Assembly (NCBI GenBank): GCA_023213395.1
Contig: CM041465.1
Location: forward strand, 224,571,741 to 224,635,740
From: Cycas panzhihuaensis
Lineage: Eukaryota > Plantae > Cycadophyta
DNA: 64,000 bases
Direction: 5' to 3'
Of the stretch, positions 38,851 through 51,500 are shown in pieces. The notes beneath the pieces were generated by a model. That model was not told the origin of the DNA, did no database searches, and saw nothing but the letters and a program-made list of their open reading frames with translations. The first letter of the stretch is position 1, and every line of letters starts with the position of its first letter. The translations under genes and the position numbers were made by a program.

Positions 38851-41048
38851 AAGATTTTTAAGTCACTTTTTAGAAGGTTAAAGTGAACTTAAGATTTATT
38901 TTACTTGGATTATGTACTTATGAAAGTGCTTGATTAAGCTTACAATGAAAAAAGGCTTAAAAACGAAGCAAGCTAGTACATCAAAATGAACACTTAAAGT
39001 GTTGTTACAATGAGCACTTAATGAAGTGTAGTGCTTATGCAGATCTAAGTAAAAAACATATGCTTTAGTACAATGAGTTTTGTAAGAAAAGTACTTTGAA
39101 AATGTGCTTAAGTACTCAATGAAGCAAAGCAAAACCTTGTGATGAAGATACAAATGGGCTCCTTTGAATGCTCAAGAGTGAAGGTAAGAGAACCACTTGC
39201 CAAATAAGGACACCAAGCACCAAGTGTTGGGACTTTAAAATAGTCCCAACGATAAAAAAATGAAGTGATTTTATTAAGTACAAAGTATTTTTGAGCCCTT
39301 TTTTAGACTAAGGGCACTAGGTCACCATGCAAGGTGCCTTAAAAGGAGTGTTGAAATAGTGATAAATATCACTTTTGACAAAGTATCAATACTTAAAATC
39401 ACTTTCAACAAGACTTTTTAACACTTACAAACATGGAATAAGTGTAAAGTAAAGCTTGAAGTGCTTAAAAATAAAGGCTGAAATTCTTTTTTTTTTTTTT
39501 TTGTAACTTTGAGCAGTAAGGACACCACGCAGGGAGCCTTAATAAGCACTAAAAATACTGAAAATTTTTACTTAATGATGATAATGGTGCTTAGAAATTA
39601 CTTGTTTGAGTCACTTATCACACATAAAAAAAATTGTAATCATGGCAGCGTGACTTGGGCGGCTCCCGTGGACACGCAAATGATGAGAACATCGTGTAGA
39701 GACATCTGTTTGTGCTGAAAATTCAAGAGGAGGGGCCAAGTGGTATCCAACTCCTTCTAAAATCTCAAGGCTTTTCGTCAAGTGTGCAAAGAGTTGCAAG
39801 TAATTGAAGTTATGGCTGGTTACACGTCTTTGAGAAAGGAAAACTGGAGCCGTACGGCTGTCCGGGTTTTAAACCCTCGTATTAATCACTAAAACGTTTC
39901 TCTTAAGTCTGCTACAACTGCATGCAGGGTCAGTATGTGGACAGCCAATTTGATATGAAAGAAAAGAGTGAAAAACAATAACTTTTTGTGCTTTTTGAGT
40001 GGGGTTTCAAGGCTGAAAATGCCCAGAAATTGATCTACAACCTGCAAGGGGCCTCAAACTTCAAGTAAATTCAGTCTGAGAGCTTCAAATGGCTGGAGAA
40101 TAGCTCAACACCCAAATGTGAGAAAAAAATTAGCTAAAAAATGCAGATTTAGTAGAAAAATTACAAAAAACGTGAGTAAACTTACCCAGATTTGAGGAAC
40201 AACTGATACAAATTGATTGCAAAACAGTTATGAGCTTCCAAAAATGCTTACAAAGCTGATTTGTAGTCACAAAGTGATCTAATATCTCAGATCTGCCTCT
40301 TATCTTCTGAAAAAATAATTTTTTTTGAAGAAAAATTAAAGAAAAAGCACTATTTTTGAAGAAAATAGTGTTGCACCCTTTGATAGAGATATGAAAAAAA
40401 AAATTCAGATCTGAAAGTAGCCTTGCTCCAACCTTCAACACTGCTCCAAGAAGCTTGAATCTGCAGAAAATGGGTCTTAGCAAACCTTGGATCGCCTTCG
40501 GAGGACGAAGGTTGTCACCAAGGGTTTGTAGCCCTTCTTTGAATCTCCTTAGGCAGCAACAAACAGAACAGAGGGAACTAGTCTCCTCTTGCTCTGATAC
40601 CAAATGTGAAAAGGGGCTTAATGGCCCAAGATCTAGAAGCTAGGTTCACTCTAGTTCTAGAAAGCAATAAATGCTAACAAGTATGATACTCTCAAGATGA
40701 AAAACATAAGTAAGACAATGCATGAAAATGAAGGAGCAAGAAAATGATACCAAATGTGTGGGGTTGGAATTGGTCCAACCTCCAAATGAATAAACAGTTT
40801 GATTAGCAAACTGACAACATAACAATACAGCTCCAACTTTATATGAGAACAATGAGAAGAGGTCTCATTATATAGAGTGAAATGAGAGACCTAAGGCATT
40901 GGATGTTTGACAAGTGTCAAACATCCAAGGTACATGCCTTGCATGTAGGAAATGTGTCCTTTTGGGGCTCTCAAGTGAGCAAAAGTGCATGGGGGGTCAT
41001 TTGACCCTTTAGTGACAACGTTGTGTCACTAGAAAGAATGTGGGTGTG

Positions 41049-41299
41049 TACTTTATCACTTAAGTGATAAGTCACCCCTAAAGTACAAAAGTACAAATAT
41101 TACATGAAAAATAAAGTACATAATCTTAACATGTAAATGTAAGGTTTAACAATTACCTTAGTAGCACAACAAAATTGGAAAATCATACTTTATCACTTAA
41201 GTGATAAGTCACCCCTAAAGTACAAATAAAGTATATAATCTTAACATGTAAACGTAAGGTTTAACAATTACCTTAGTAGTACAACAAAATTGGAAAATC
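41049..41299. repeat. Tandem duplication spanning the C3b LTR end and host C4 flank
   Basis: 41049-41184 is repeated at 41186-41299 with a short internal deletion. Confidence 0.9.
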
Positions 41300-42497
41300 T
41301 ATTAGGTTGATGTAAAGAGTGCATTTTTTAACGGAGATTTGGAAGAAGTTTACATATAACAACTAGAGGGGTATGTTCAGAATGGTCAAGAACATCTTGT
41401 TTGTAGATCAAAAAAGGCACTATATGGGCTAAAACAAGCTCCAAGGGCGCGGTGTGCTAAATTGGACAAATATCTAATACAAAATCATTTTCAGAGATGT
41501 GAATCAGATCCTAGTTTGTATGTAAAGATAAGCCAGGGATGGGTCACCATAATTGTTGTATATTTAGATGATATGATTCTTACAAGTAGTGACAAAGTCC
41601 ATCACAATCATAAATGATCAACTGGAAAAAGGATTTGAAATGACAGATTTAGGACTTCTAAGTTATTATCTTGGCATAAAAGTAAAACAAAAGGAAGACT
41701 CAATCACCTTATCGCAAAATAAGTAGACTAGGAATTTGCTGGGGAAATTCAAGATGGAAGACTGCAATAGTTGTGCAACTCCAATGGAAACATGGTGTAA
41801 TTTAACTCAAGACACAGGAGGAACTCCAGTCAATGTAACCTTATACAAACAACTAGTTGGAAGTCTGATCTACCTTATTGCCACCAGACCTAACATCTCT
41901 TATTTAGTAGGAGTAATCTCCAGATACATGTAGGATCCAAAAATGTTACATTGGAGAGTAACAAAAAGAATATTTAGGTATCTGAAATGCACCTCAAATC
42001 TAAAACTTACATATACAAGAAATGATGCAAGAAAGTTAATTGGATACAGTGATTCTGATTGGACTAGAGACAAAGAAAATAGGAAATCAACTATTGGATA
42101 TTGTTTTTTTCTTGAATTAGCAACAATGTCATGGAGCAGTAAAAGGCAACCAATTGTTGCCTTATCATCTATAGAGGCAGAATACAAGTCAACAGTTAGT
42201 GCATCCTGTGAACCAGTCTGGATGAGACAATTGTTGACAGAACTAAATCAAAAGCAGAATGGTCCAACAATCCTGTATTGTGATAATCAAAGCATAATAA
42301 AGTTGACAAAGAATCCAGTCTTCCATGCCAGAACTAAACACATTGAAGTGCATCATCACTTCATTCGGGAAGAAGTACAAAACAAAGAAATTGAGCTAAT
42401 GCATTGTACAACAAATGAACAAGTTGCAGATATCTTAACTAAACCTCTCAACAAAGATAAATTCCAATTTTTTAGAAATAAGCTTGGTTTAAGATAG
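41267..42497 (+). pseudogene. C4 remainder of RT and RNase H
   Basis: The frame resumes ..ITLV(A/V)QQNWKI..DVKSAFLNG; YLDD; GYSDSDW; YCDNQSIIKLTKNPVFHARTKHIEVHHHF. Confidence 0.92.
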
Positions 42498-43089
42498 ATA
42501 GAACATTAAGAGCGAGTGTTAGAATAATGTTTTATCTATGATAGGACCTTAAGTTGTGTAGTTAGTTAATGAGGGTTACATGGCATTCCCTCTTCATTGT
42601 AAGATTGACGAGTGGCTTACATGTAGTAAGCGGTTACTAAACCTTCCTTGTATCTATAGAGAGATCATCTCTCACATAATCAATGTGAATTCTGTATTTA
42701 ACTAAGTTTTCTTTCAGCAATTACGTCAACATCCTTGCTTGTTCATTTCCATCCCTGCCTTTTGCTTCCCTCATGCATTTTCTTGTGCTTAACTTCTCTT
42801 ACGTGTACGAGCTTAATCCACGTGCTTTTTGTGCTTGCCCATATGCTTTTTATCGTCTCTGCATTTTGTTCTTGTCACTATAACACTCTTGTAATCTCGT
42901 TGTGTCACTCCATAAGTTATCACTATCCCTACCTACCACCAGTGCCTGCTAACACACTATAATATGCCTGCTAACACAATCTCGCATGTAGGAAGAAAGT
43001 GGATAAGAGGAGGATACATGACATAAAGCACTTGCATAAATAAGCAAGAGATGACAATACGTCAATGTTATCACAACTCTCCAACAATC

Positions 43090-43900
43090 TCATTAGAAAA
43101 ATAATAGAGTATATAATATATAGATTACATATGTACTAAAGATAGGAATTAGTTTTGACCATATCATAATGGCTAATTAACAACTCACTCAAATTATAGT
43201 GGGCTATCAACTTCCATAGTTAATATTTCAAGCATCTTTGACTCCTATTAACCACCATATTAAATGACTTGACCAAAAATATTCTAAAAATATTCTCACT
43301 AAGAATATTCCATGTGAGGAAATATTCTAATTACATTAGAAATGAACATAAAATGGAAATATACATTATTTTTAACACCCTTCCATAACGTTAAGTTCAT
43401 TTCCTCTCATAAACATTAGTGTCCTAAGTCTCTCAAGCTTCTCATGACCCAAAGTCTAAGTGAGAACTTGATCTTTTAAGGGATAATACATCAATCCAAC
43501 TATGCCATACTCCACTTGTTGTTGAATAGAACAATGGTAAACTTCCACATGCTTAACTCTGTCATGGAAACCCAATTCTTTGATAGCTGGAAGGCACCTT
43601 GGTTGCCATAGAATAATTGAACAAGTCAAATGTGGTTAAGAAGTCCACTAAGCTCAAAAATGACTTTAAGGATGCTGTAATTGTTGCTTTGTATACTACC
43701 TTGGTGGAAGGCAAAGAAATTGTCAATTGTTTCTTACTATTGCAAGAGATCAACCAGAACTAAGTGTTAGTACACATCTTATTGTTGATTAGGCTTTTAT
43801 TACTGCAAGAAATCAACCATAACTAAGTGCCAATACAAATCCTGTTGTTGATTAAGACCAACCAGAACTAAGTGTCACCCGCATCCTGTTGTTGATCATG
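43090..43900 (-). mobile_element. Copia remnant: RNase H end, PPT and partial 3' LTR
   Basis: Minus-strand ISCNSKKQLTISLPSTKVVYKA and RVKHVEV. PPT ggaaggg followed by tgttaaaaa at 43377. Left LTR boundary uncertain. Confidence 0.7.
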
Positions 43901-44816
43901 CCTTTGCAGTTTCCTGTACAAAGCTACCAAAGAGGATCCTCATGTAGTACATGCTAGTTGTGATCAGTATTGCATGAAAATCACATCCATTGTCCTACTT
44001 CTCCAAATGTCACCATATTGGCATACAGTATCATGCTTTGTTCTATGCACTATTGTCATTGCCAAGTCATTGTTGCTTCATAGACTTGTTAGGTGTTTTC
44101 ATTAACACCATAATGATGCTACTATCATAACCATAACACAATATGCTGCAGCAATAAGCTACCCAACTCACAAATGAAAGAGGTTGAGGTAGTCTAACCT
44201 TGTTACAAAGGTATAATAAGTTTCATTTAGGTTGTTAAGAGTGATGTACTTCACAATTTCAGCAACACAATTCACTCGTCTCCTTCAATTTATACAGATG
44301 AAGAGAGATAGAGCATAGATATTTTACAAGAGTAAAGCAAGTATTAAGACTCTACTAAATCCATGAGAGTCTTCATGCATCTATGCAAGCAATTTTCCAT
44401 CAAGATGAGTAATTAACTCATCAACCACTGACAAACTAATGAATGTCAGTGTTCTAGGTTTGTCATGCCATATTGTGCTATGCCATGTTGTGTCGCTTCT
44501 TCAATGCCAACAATTGGGTCTATTTTGGCTTCTTGTCTTCTGCTTCAACAACTTCCATAGGCCTTTGTAAGGCTGGAAAATGTTATTTTTCCATATTACA
44601 TAAAACTTCCTTCAAGTCTTAGTGAATTTGGCAAGCTATAGCTAACAATTTACAGGCATTATATGGAGTTTGTAATGAAAGAATTATTAGAAGAAGTGTT
44701 TCAAACCACTGCAAGTATGGGTATCTCATATTACTTAGTGATTGCAAGGTGGATAACATACATAGTACAAATAAAAAGATTTAAAAGACCTTTTAAATAC
44801 ACCATGAAATATTATT

Positions 44817-45350
44817 AAAAGAGGATAAAGTACACTAAAAAATCCTTTTAAAATGCTCTCAAAAGAGGACAAAGTACATTGAAAAATCCTCTTTAAATAG
44901 AGCCAAAAGATATACTCTAAAGAGGACAAGCACAAAATTGGATAGCTTAAAATCCCCTTGAAGTACTCTTAAATTGAAGCCATTAAAGAATACCTTTAAA
45001 AAAAGACGAAATAGCTTTAAAGTCTTCTTAAGGTATCATATCCAATTAATAAAAAATTATTCCTAAAGAGGATGAAATACTTGGGATAAATCCTCTGGAA
45101 ATGTTCTTTTAAATGATGCTAAGAATATCCTTTAAGGAGGATAAATTTCTCAAAATCGTCTTGAATTATTCTTTTAAATGATGCTAAAAATGTACTTAAA
45201 AAGAGGCTGAATTGTATTAAAATCCTCTAAAAATACTTTTAAATTGCAGCCACAAATATACTTGAAAGAGGATAAAATACATAATAAGAATCCTCTTAAT
45301 ATATAGCACCCAATTGATGAAAAAATCTTCCACAAAGGTGAATAAAAGCC
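44817..45350. repeat. Degenerate AT-rich tandem array, about 9 units of ~45-80 bp (mostly ~65), most with AGAGGA(T)...ATCCTCT inverted arms
   Basis: aaagagga-like motifs at about 44817, 44861, 44918, 44999, 45064, 45133, 45199, 45264 and 45333. Confidence 0.7.
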
Positions 45351-46041
45351 TTTCAAAATATAATAAATAATTGTAAAAGATAAACTATATAAGGCCACCT
45401 TTTTAATAATATGAATATTCTTTGAAATATTCCAAAGTTTATAACATAATGTTATAAACTTTATGTATTAATTGGATTTTTTTTTGATATGTATAGTTTG
45501 CGGTTCAAATTTCTCCTCTAGCAAGTCAGGAACAACAACGATGATGATTTAGTAGCAGCGTCTCGAACGACGGCTGGTGGCACACGTTTGTATGGCGACT
45601 GCTAGCAACGATCTGAGTGATGGCTAGGTGGCGCATGTGTGCCTACACCTTACTCATATGCAACTATCGACATAATAAATAAAGCACAAGGGATACACAA
45701 ATGTGATGCAAAACATAATATTATTCAAATAGGGAATTGTGTCTAGTCCTCTCACAACTAGACGCAAATTCGACAGTCTACAAGAATCAGACTAGCATGT
45801 TAGGTCTACCATAGCAAGAGAACCAATTCCTTACAATCCTTCTTAGGCTTCCTTGCCCATGCACACACATGTACATGTCCAAATCGACTATTATACAAAA
45901 AGATCAACAGTTTCAACTACCGTTGGTTACTTCACAAAACAATTACAACGGTTGGCCTTCTTGATAATCTCTTTTCTCTTTACAATCTAATTGCAACCAT
46001 TATCGGGTATAATCATCCAATTGGGGTCAACTTGCATCCGG

Positions 46042-46270
46042 GGTCCCAACTATGATCGGTTTGCAACCACGACCCCAACGGCTATCGAGTTGTACTCAAG
46101 ACCCCAACTGCGATCGGCTCGTACTTGCGACCCCAACTGCAATCGGCTCGTAACCGCGACACCAACTACGATCGGCTCGTATCACGACCCTAAGTATGAT
46201 CGGCTTGTAACTATGACCTCAACTGCCATCGGTTCGTACTTGCGACCCCAATTGCGATCAACTTGTAATG
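46042..46270. repeat. 8 x 29-bp CpG-rich tandem repeat in U3 of the G2 LTR
   Basis: Consensus gaccccaactgcgatcggctcgtacttgc. Units start at 46042, 46071, 46100, 46129, 46158, 46186, 46215 and 46244. Confidence 0.92.
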
Positions 46271-46448
46271 GCAATTTCAATTGCCATGTAATCACGACTT
46301 ATTTAATTTACAATTCCTTCAAAACTATATATACTGTTTTACCCGCGCACATCTCCCCGTCACAAAACAAACGAATATCCTTCCTTGTTTTTCAATTTTT
46401 TTTTTTCCACCCTTCCTCCTCCCCAAAATTCTTAAGTGACGGCACATG

Positions 46449-48130
46449 CTATGCATCCTTCGTTTCTTTGTGAATTTGATTCATTGCTTGACGAATATAA
46501 TTTGTATTAGGTCTCGCAATAGTCGGCAGAACCTGTGCCCCTTGTGATCGACAATGATCAACTAAAATTGCCATATCTCGCAATGCATCCGATTGTGCCA
46601 ATGTAGGCTTTTCCCCTCTATGTAATAGTGCAATTTCCACCGTTGCCTCATTGTACAATTGCTCTGTTCTAGCTAGTTCCTAACGCAAATTATGTATTTT
46701 ACTCCAAAATTTATTTGCATGTGCGGTGCCCTCTTCTGTCTGAAGGATCTAGGCTCCTAGCTTATAAATTACGTCATGCAGGCTCGAGGGAATCTCCCGG
46801 TGGAAGCAACCTCTAAAAGCTTGTACCTTATGAGTAATGGTGTCGGTATTCTTTACCCAAGTCATAATGAATTTTTTCAGAAATTCCAGGTGGGCTTTTG
46901 TAGCTGCCAGCTTTTCTTTAAGCTTTTGAATTCTTTGCATATCTGGCGGAGGTCTTATGTTCCTTTGTTCTAGCTCTGTCACAAGTTATCTAGTTACCTT
47001 TACCAAAAAGGAAGTCTTCCACTGCGAGACATCTTGTAGGTCACAGCTCATTGGGTCCAGGCCTTCTTCCAAATAGTCCCCCGATTGATTAAATTCTACT
47101 TCCAATGTTTGGTTATTCAAAATTTCTAAAATTTCTTGCCACCTTTTTTCTGTTGCTAGTTTCCTCCTCCTTTGTTTCTCTTCTTTTTTACATTTTCATG
47201 GTTCAACTGTCCTTGACTTTTTCTTTGGTTGCTCTACTCTGTCTTTACCCATGCCAGGTTCTTCCTCCATCTTTTGCTTCCCCTCTCTTATCTCTACTTT
47301 CTTACTCTCTTCCTCTTTTTTCTTTTGATTATGTACCCTTGTTCAGGTCCACAAGGTCGCCCCTATTTGCAGTTTTTCCTCTACTTCTTCCTCTATCACT
47401 GGGCATGACTGGGGAGTGCTAGCCTGCCACTATAGGTGGAGCCAATTACAAGCCTATTCTTGTAACTTTGTCAAATGCAAAGAACCTCGTCCACGCTCTC
47501 TTGAGAATGATTCTGTCCATTTTGCTAATAGAGGTTGTCCTTCCTCAACCTCAGGAAGTTGGATACATGGGCACTACGAAAATAATAACCCCTACAATAA
47601 AGTAAGGTAGAAAATAAGAACAGACAAAGTAGCACCTTTTACAGCTTCTAAATTTCTCAAAAATTTACTAGAGACAAACCTGGCCCATTTAAATTTATGA
47701 CCCTCTATAACCTTTATTAACATAGTGCGCAAATGATTGGGGACAAACAAATTTTTTTTGTCCTAATATTACTCTAGTAAATAGGAAATGAGAGATCCAC
47801 TACATTTCCTTAGATGAAATCCCAAAAACTCAAATTCTTGAACTGGAAACATCGGATTCTTTTGCTCCTATTTTGTGTGCTGCTTCTTCCTTGGATATCT
47901 ATTTATCCTTGGGAATATCCGGCCCTTCATTTGCTAACCCTGTTATCCTTGCAATCGCTTCAGCAGAAAAGTCTAACAGAGACGGTTGCCGCACCACCAT
48001 TGCAATTGTTGTTGAAAGAAAATTGTACACGTTTGGAAGGACGCCAACCAATACATATTGATTTAGTCCCGTAACTATTTATCTCTTTTTGCATTCCTCT
48101 TTGGGCTTCATTTCCTACCATTGCTTCCGT
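46449..48130 (-). pseudogene. Degenerate accessory ORF 3' of integrase in G2 (position of the Athila ORF2/'env-like' gene)
   Basis: Sense-strand broken ORF pieces: a helical segment (..KVIEGHKFKWARFVSSKFLRNLEAV..), a K/E-rich stretch at about 47100-47400, and coiled-coil pieces at 46749-46982 and 46449-46658. Confidence 0.5.
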
Positions 48131-48542
48131 ATTTGATCATCATTGGATTCCCTGAAAGTTACTGTCGTTCGTTGTAATTCAGTTGTCGCCATGGTTGTGC
48201 TTCTTCTTTCTACGCTACCCACTCAGGAGTTGTTACCAAGCCTGCTTTGTTTATGCAATTCAATTGTTGCCAAGCCTAATTATTTAAAAGAGTTGTTCAT
48301 AACTGCCTTATCAATGTGCTTGCCCCATCTTTGTCTTATTGTAATTATAGAAACACTAACCATTTGGATTACGATCAGTTCCTTCCATCATAACGGTCAC
48401 ATCTTCTTTACTTGTAGCCATCATTCCTGGATTTGGCACTGATCGCAATCTTATTCTTTCCTTAAGTGCACATAGTGGGTCCTCCTTTCGATGATGTTGA
48501 CATTTACTGCCTTATGTTTTGCATCAATGCTTTTTTAAAATT

Positions 48543-51500
48543 TTATCTTGCTGTGTAAAGCTTTAATCTACTTGCATTGATTACCTTGGGACGGATTTTC
48601 CTGTTGAGTTGTCTGAGCTGGACTGCCCCATTTCTCCCAATGTGCTATACTTTATACAGTCCTAACCAGTGCAATTTCATCTTACCTGGTTTTCTTCGAA
48701 ACTTACTATCATACATTAAAACAAAATCGTTTTCATGGAGCTGTGCTACTGCAGATGTCAATCATGCCATACGTTTCGTCGCCTTTTTTCCGTTTTTAAT
48801 TCCCATAATGCTTGGGCTCTTTTTTTAGCCAACTTTAATAGTTCCACAATCCTCTCATTCTAAGAGTTCGGTTCGTCCATGCACATTTGAACTACCAACC
48901 GAAGACTTTCTGCTTGAAATTTCAATTGATGTATCACTTCTAAGCCATATACTAGTTGGAGTGGTGTCTGCTTATGTGGCTGCTTGGTTGTCGTTCTATC
49001 TGCCCAAAGGACAGAATGTAATCGTTATGCCCAATTTGTTCTTCTCTCACTACAAATCTTTGATAAGGCTAACTTCAAAATTTTATTAGTACTTTCAACT
49101 TGATCGTTAGCTCTAGAATAATAGGGGGAAGATTGATAGTGCTAGATCATAAACTCACTAGTCAGATGTTTTATAGTACTGTTTAAAAAACTAGCTCCTT
49201 GATCCAACACTAATTCTAAAGGGCAACCAAAATGAACTATAATGTTTTCATATAAAAATTTTGTAATACTTCTAGCGTAACAATTCTTGAGAGGTCGAGT
49301 TTCTATCCATTTTGTGAAAAAATTAGTTGCCACTATTATATACTTTGCATTTGTTCACTTTATCGAAGGGTTGATTGGTCCAATAAAATCTAATTTCCAC
49401 TTCTTGAATGGTGCTTGTGCCATAATTGGATGAAGAGGCATGGAGTGGAAAACATCGTAGCTTTGGACCCATCTGTTAGTATCTTCGAATACTGTTGGCC
49501 ACCCCAGGGTTGCCAATAAAATCTTTCATGCCGTAGGTTCGAAGCCTTGATGTTTGGCTGCCACTACCTCATGGGCTTCCCACAAAATTGCCTATACTTC
49601 ATGTTCTAGAACACATCTTTGTAATACTCCATCTAGACCTAATTTGTACAACATGCCACAAATTAATTGGAAGGGAAAATTTTTCTAATAAAACTTTATC
49701 ATTCCACTCGCTCCAAACCTTTTGATGTCTGACCCATAGTTAAATATTTTGCCATACCTTCGTACCATTTTGGTACTGCTTCCATGGAAAATAATTTAGC
49801 ATCAGGAAAGTCATCATATATTCTTGTGGTTAGTTCTCGCTCAACTTCTCTTGATAGCACATTAGGCACTATATGTTTTTCTCCCTTTTTACAATGATCT
49901 TAAAGTTAAATTCTTGGAATAGCATCAACCATCTGCTAATCCTTTGCTGCAAGATTGATTTGTTTATTAAATATTTTAAAGCTTGATGATCAAAGAAGGT
50001 GAAGTGGTTGGCCAACAGGCAATGCCTAAATTTTTGTAAGGCATACGCCATGCCTAAACCTTCACGTTCTATCACCGAATAATCATGTTTTTCTGATGCC
50101 AATTTTCGACTGGGAAAATAAATAGGAAGATCTAGGCTGTCATCATCGGGTTGAGCCAACATGCATCCAATTGCCATTAGTGAAGCATCCACACGCACGT
50201 GAAAAGGTCGATCCCAATCTGGGAATCTCAAAATTGGAGCTTCCACAATCTTTCTTTTTAGTAGCTCAAATGCAAAGTGCTGTCAGAACTCCCATTTCCA
50301 TGCTATTTTTTTCTTAAGCAGGGTTTCCAATGGATTTGCTATTTGGGCATATTCCTTAATAAATTTCCTATAATATCCTATCATACCGAGAAAGCCTTTT
50401 ACTTGCTTTACTCTCTTTGGTATGGGAAAATTCAAAATTATTGCTATCTTGTTTGGGTCTGTTTACAGTCCTTCTTTGGTCACAACATGTCCAAGTAAGG
50501 ATCTGAATGGAACCAGAAATGTGCATTTAGCTAGATTCAAACATAACTTACTTCTTCTGCAAGTCTCAAGCATTACCCTTAAATTTGCTAGGGGATCCTT
50601 CAACAGTGTATATACGGTCCAATCATCAAAAAATACCTCGATTAACTTACCAATCATTTGTCAAAAAACATTCAAAATTATCCTTTGAAACGTGGTTGGT
50701 GCGTTTGTCAATCCAAAAGGCATCACTTTGTACGCATACATTCCCCATTCCGTAACAAAGGTCATTTTTAGTTGGTCCTGCATGGCAACTCCGACTTGAT
50801 TGTATCCACTAAAGTCATCTGTGAAAGAATATACCTCATGTCCTGCTACTTTTTCAAGAATGTCTTCCGTGAATGGAATTAGGAAGGGATCTTTCTTCGT
50901 CATTCATGGCTTTATAATCGACGCAGACTCATAGCTTCCCATTCTTTTTTGGTATCATTACCATTGGACTTACCTATTCGCTTGTTTCAACTTAAAAAAT
51001 GTAGCCAACTTCCAGTAATTTGTCTAATTCTGCTTTTAATTTTTCTTTATATTTGGGGTTCATTCGATAAGGACGTTGTCGCACAAGCTTTGCTCCTTCA
51101 ATTAACTCCATCTTATGTTCTCCAAGTTCAAGTGGTATACCTTTCAAATCTTGATAGGACCAAGCCTGCCTTTCCGTCTTCTTTTAACACATAGGCTGGT
51201 GTTTGATCAATTGCTTGGTTTCCATATTCCACAACGGAATAATCTAACAGAAATTTGTGATTCTTTCTTGATTCATCCTTCACCATCTTGGCTTGGTAGT
51301 AGCTTTGTTCTTCTTCCATCATTCTACTTTTGAAGATGGTCAAAATTTCTTGGATCCGTTTATCATTACTATGGTACATAAAAATTTTGCAGAATTCTTC
51401 AGTAAGTGCTTTCCAATCCACCATCTGCACCCTTTCATAATAGTTGTACCATATGACCACAATCCCCTGGAATGTATGTGCCCATCTTTGCACCCATTCC

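Larger units (their letters stand above)
33682..41151 (-). mobile_element. Ty1/Copia C3b (same family as C3a), full length
   Basis: LTRs 33682-34237 and 40605-41151. Perfect PBS (gctctgatacca at 40591-40602 on plus). ATTACC on both flanks. Long ORF pieces of 257 aa (gag) and 462 aa (PR-INT). Confidence 0.95.
29935..42716 (+). mobile_element. Ty1/Copia C4 (related to C1), full length, interrupted in RT by C3b
   Basis: LTRs 29935-30067 (internally deleted) and 42517-42716. Perfect PBS tggtatcagagc at 30068-30079. PPT aagagcgag. TSD GCATT/GCAAT. Confidence 0.92.

Noticed and set aside
40130-40603. 157-aa ORF starting at the C3b PBS
   Set aside because: The ATG-less start overlaps the PBS, the composition is F/L/K-rich, and the frame is not conserved in C3a.
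44817-46270. CRISPR-like appearance of the hairpin array and the 29-bp array
   Set aside because: The units are degenerate or contiguous without unique spacers, there are no cas genes, and the context is eukaryotic.
45991-46473. 160-aa Thr/Pro-rich ORF
   Set aside because: It is a by-product of the 29-bp tandem repeat inside an LTR.
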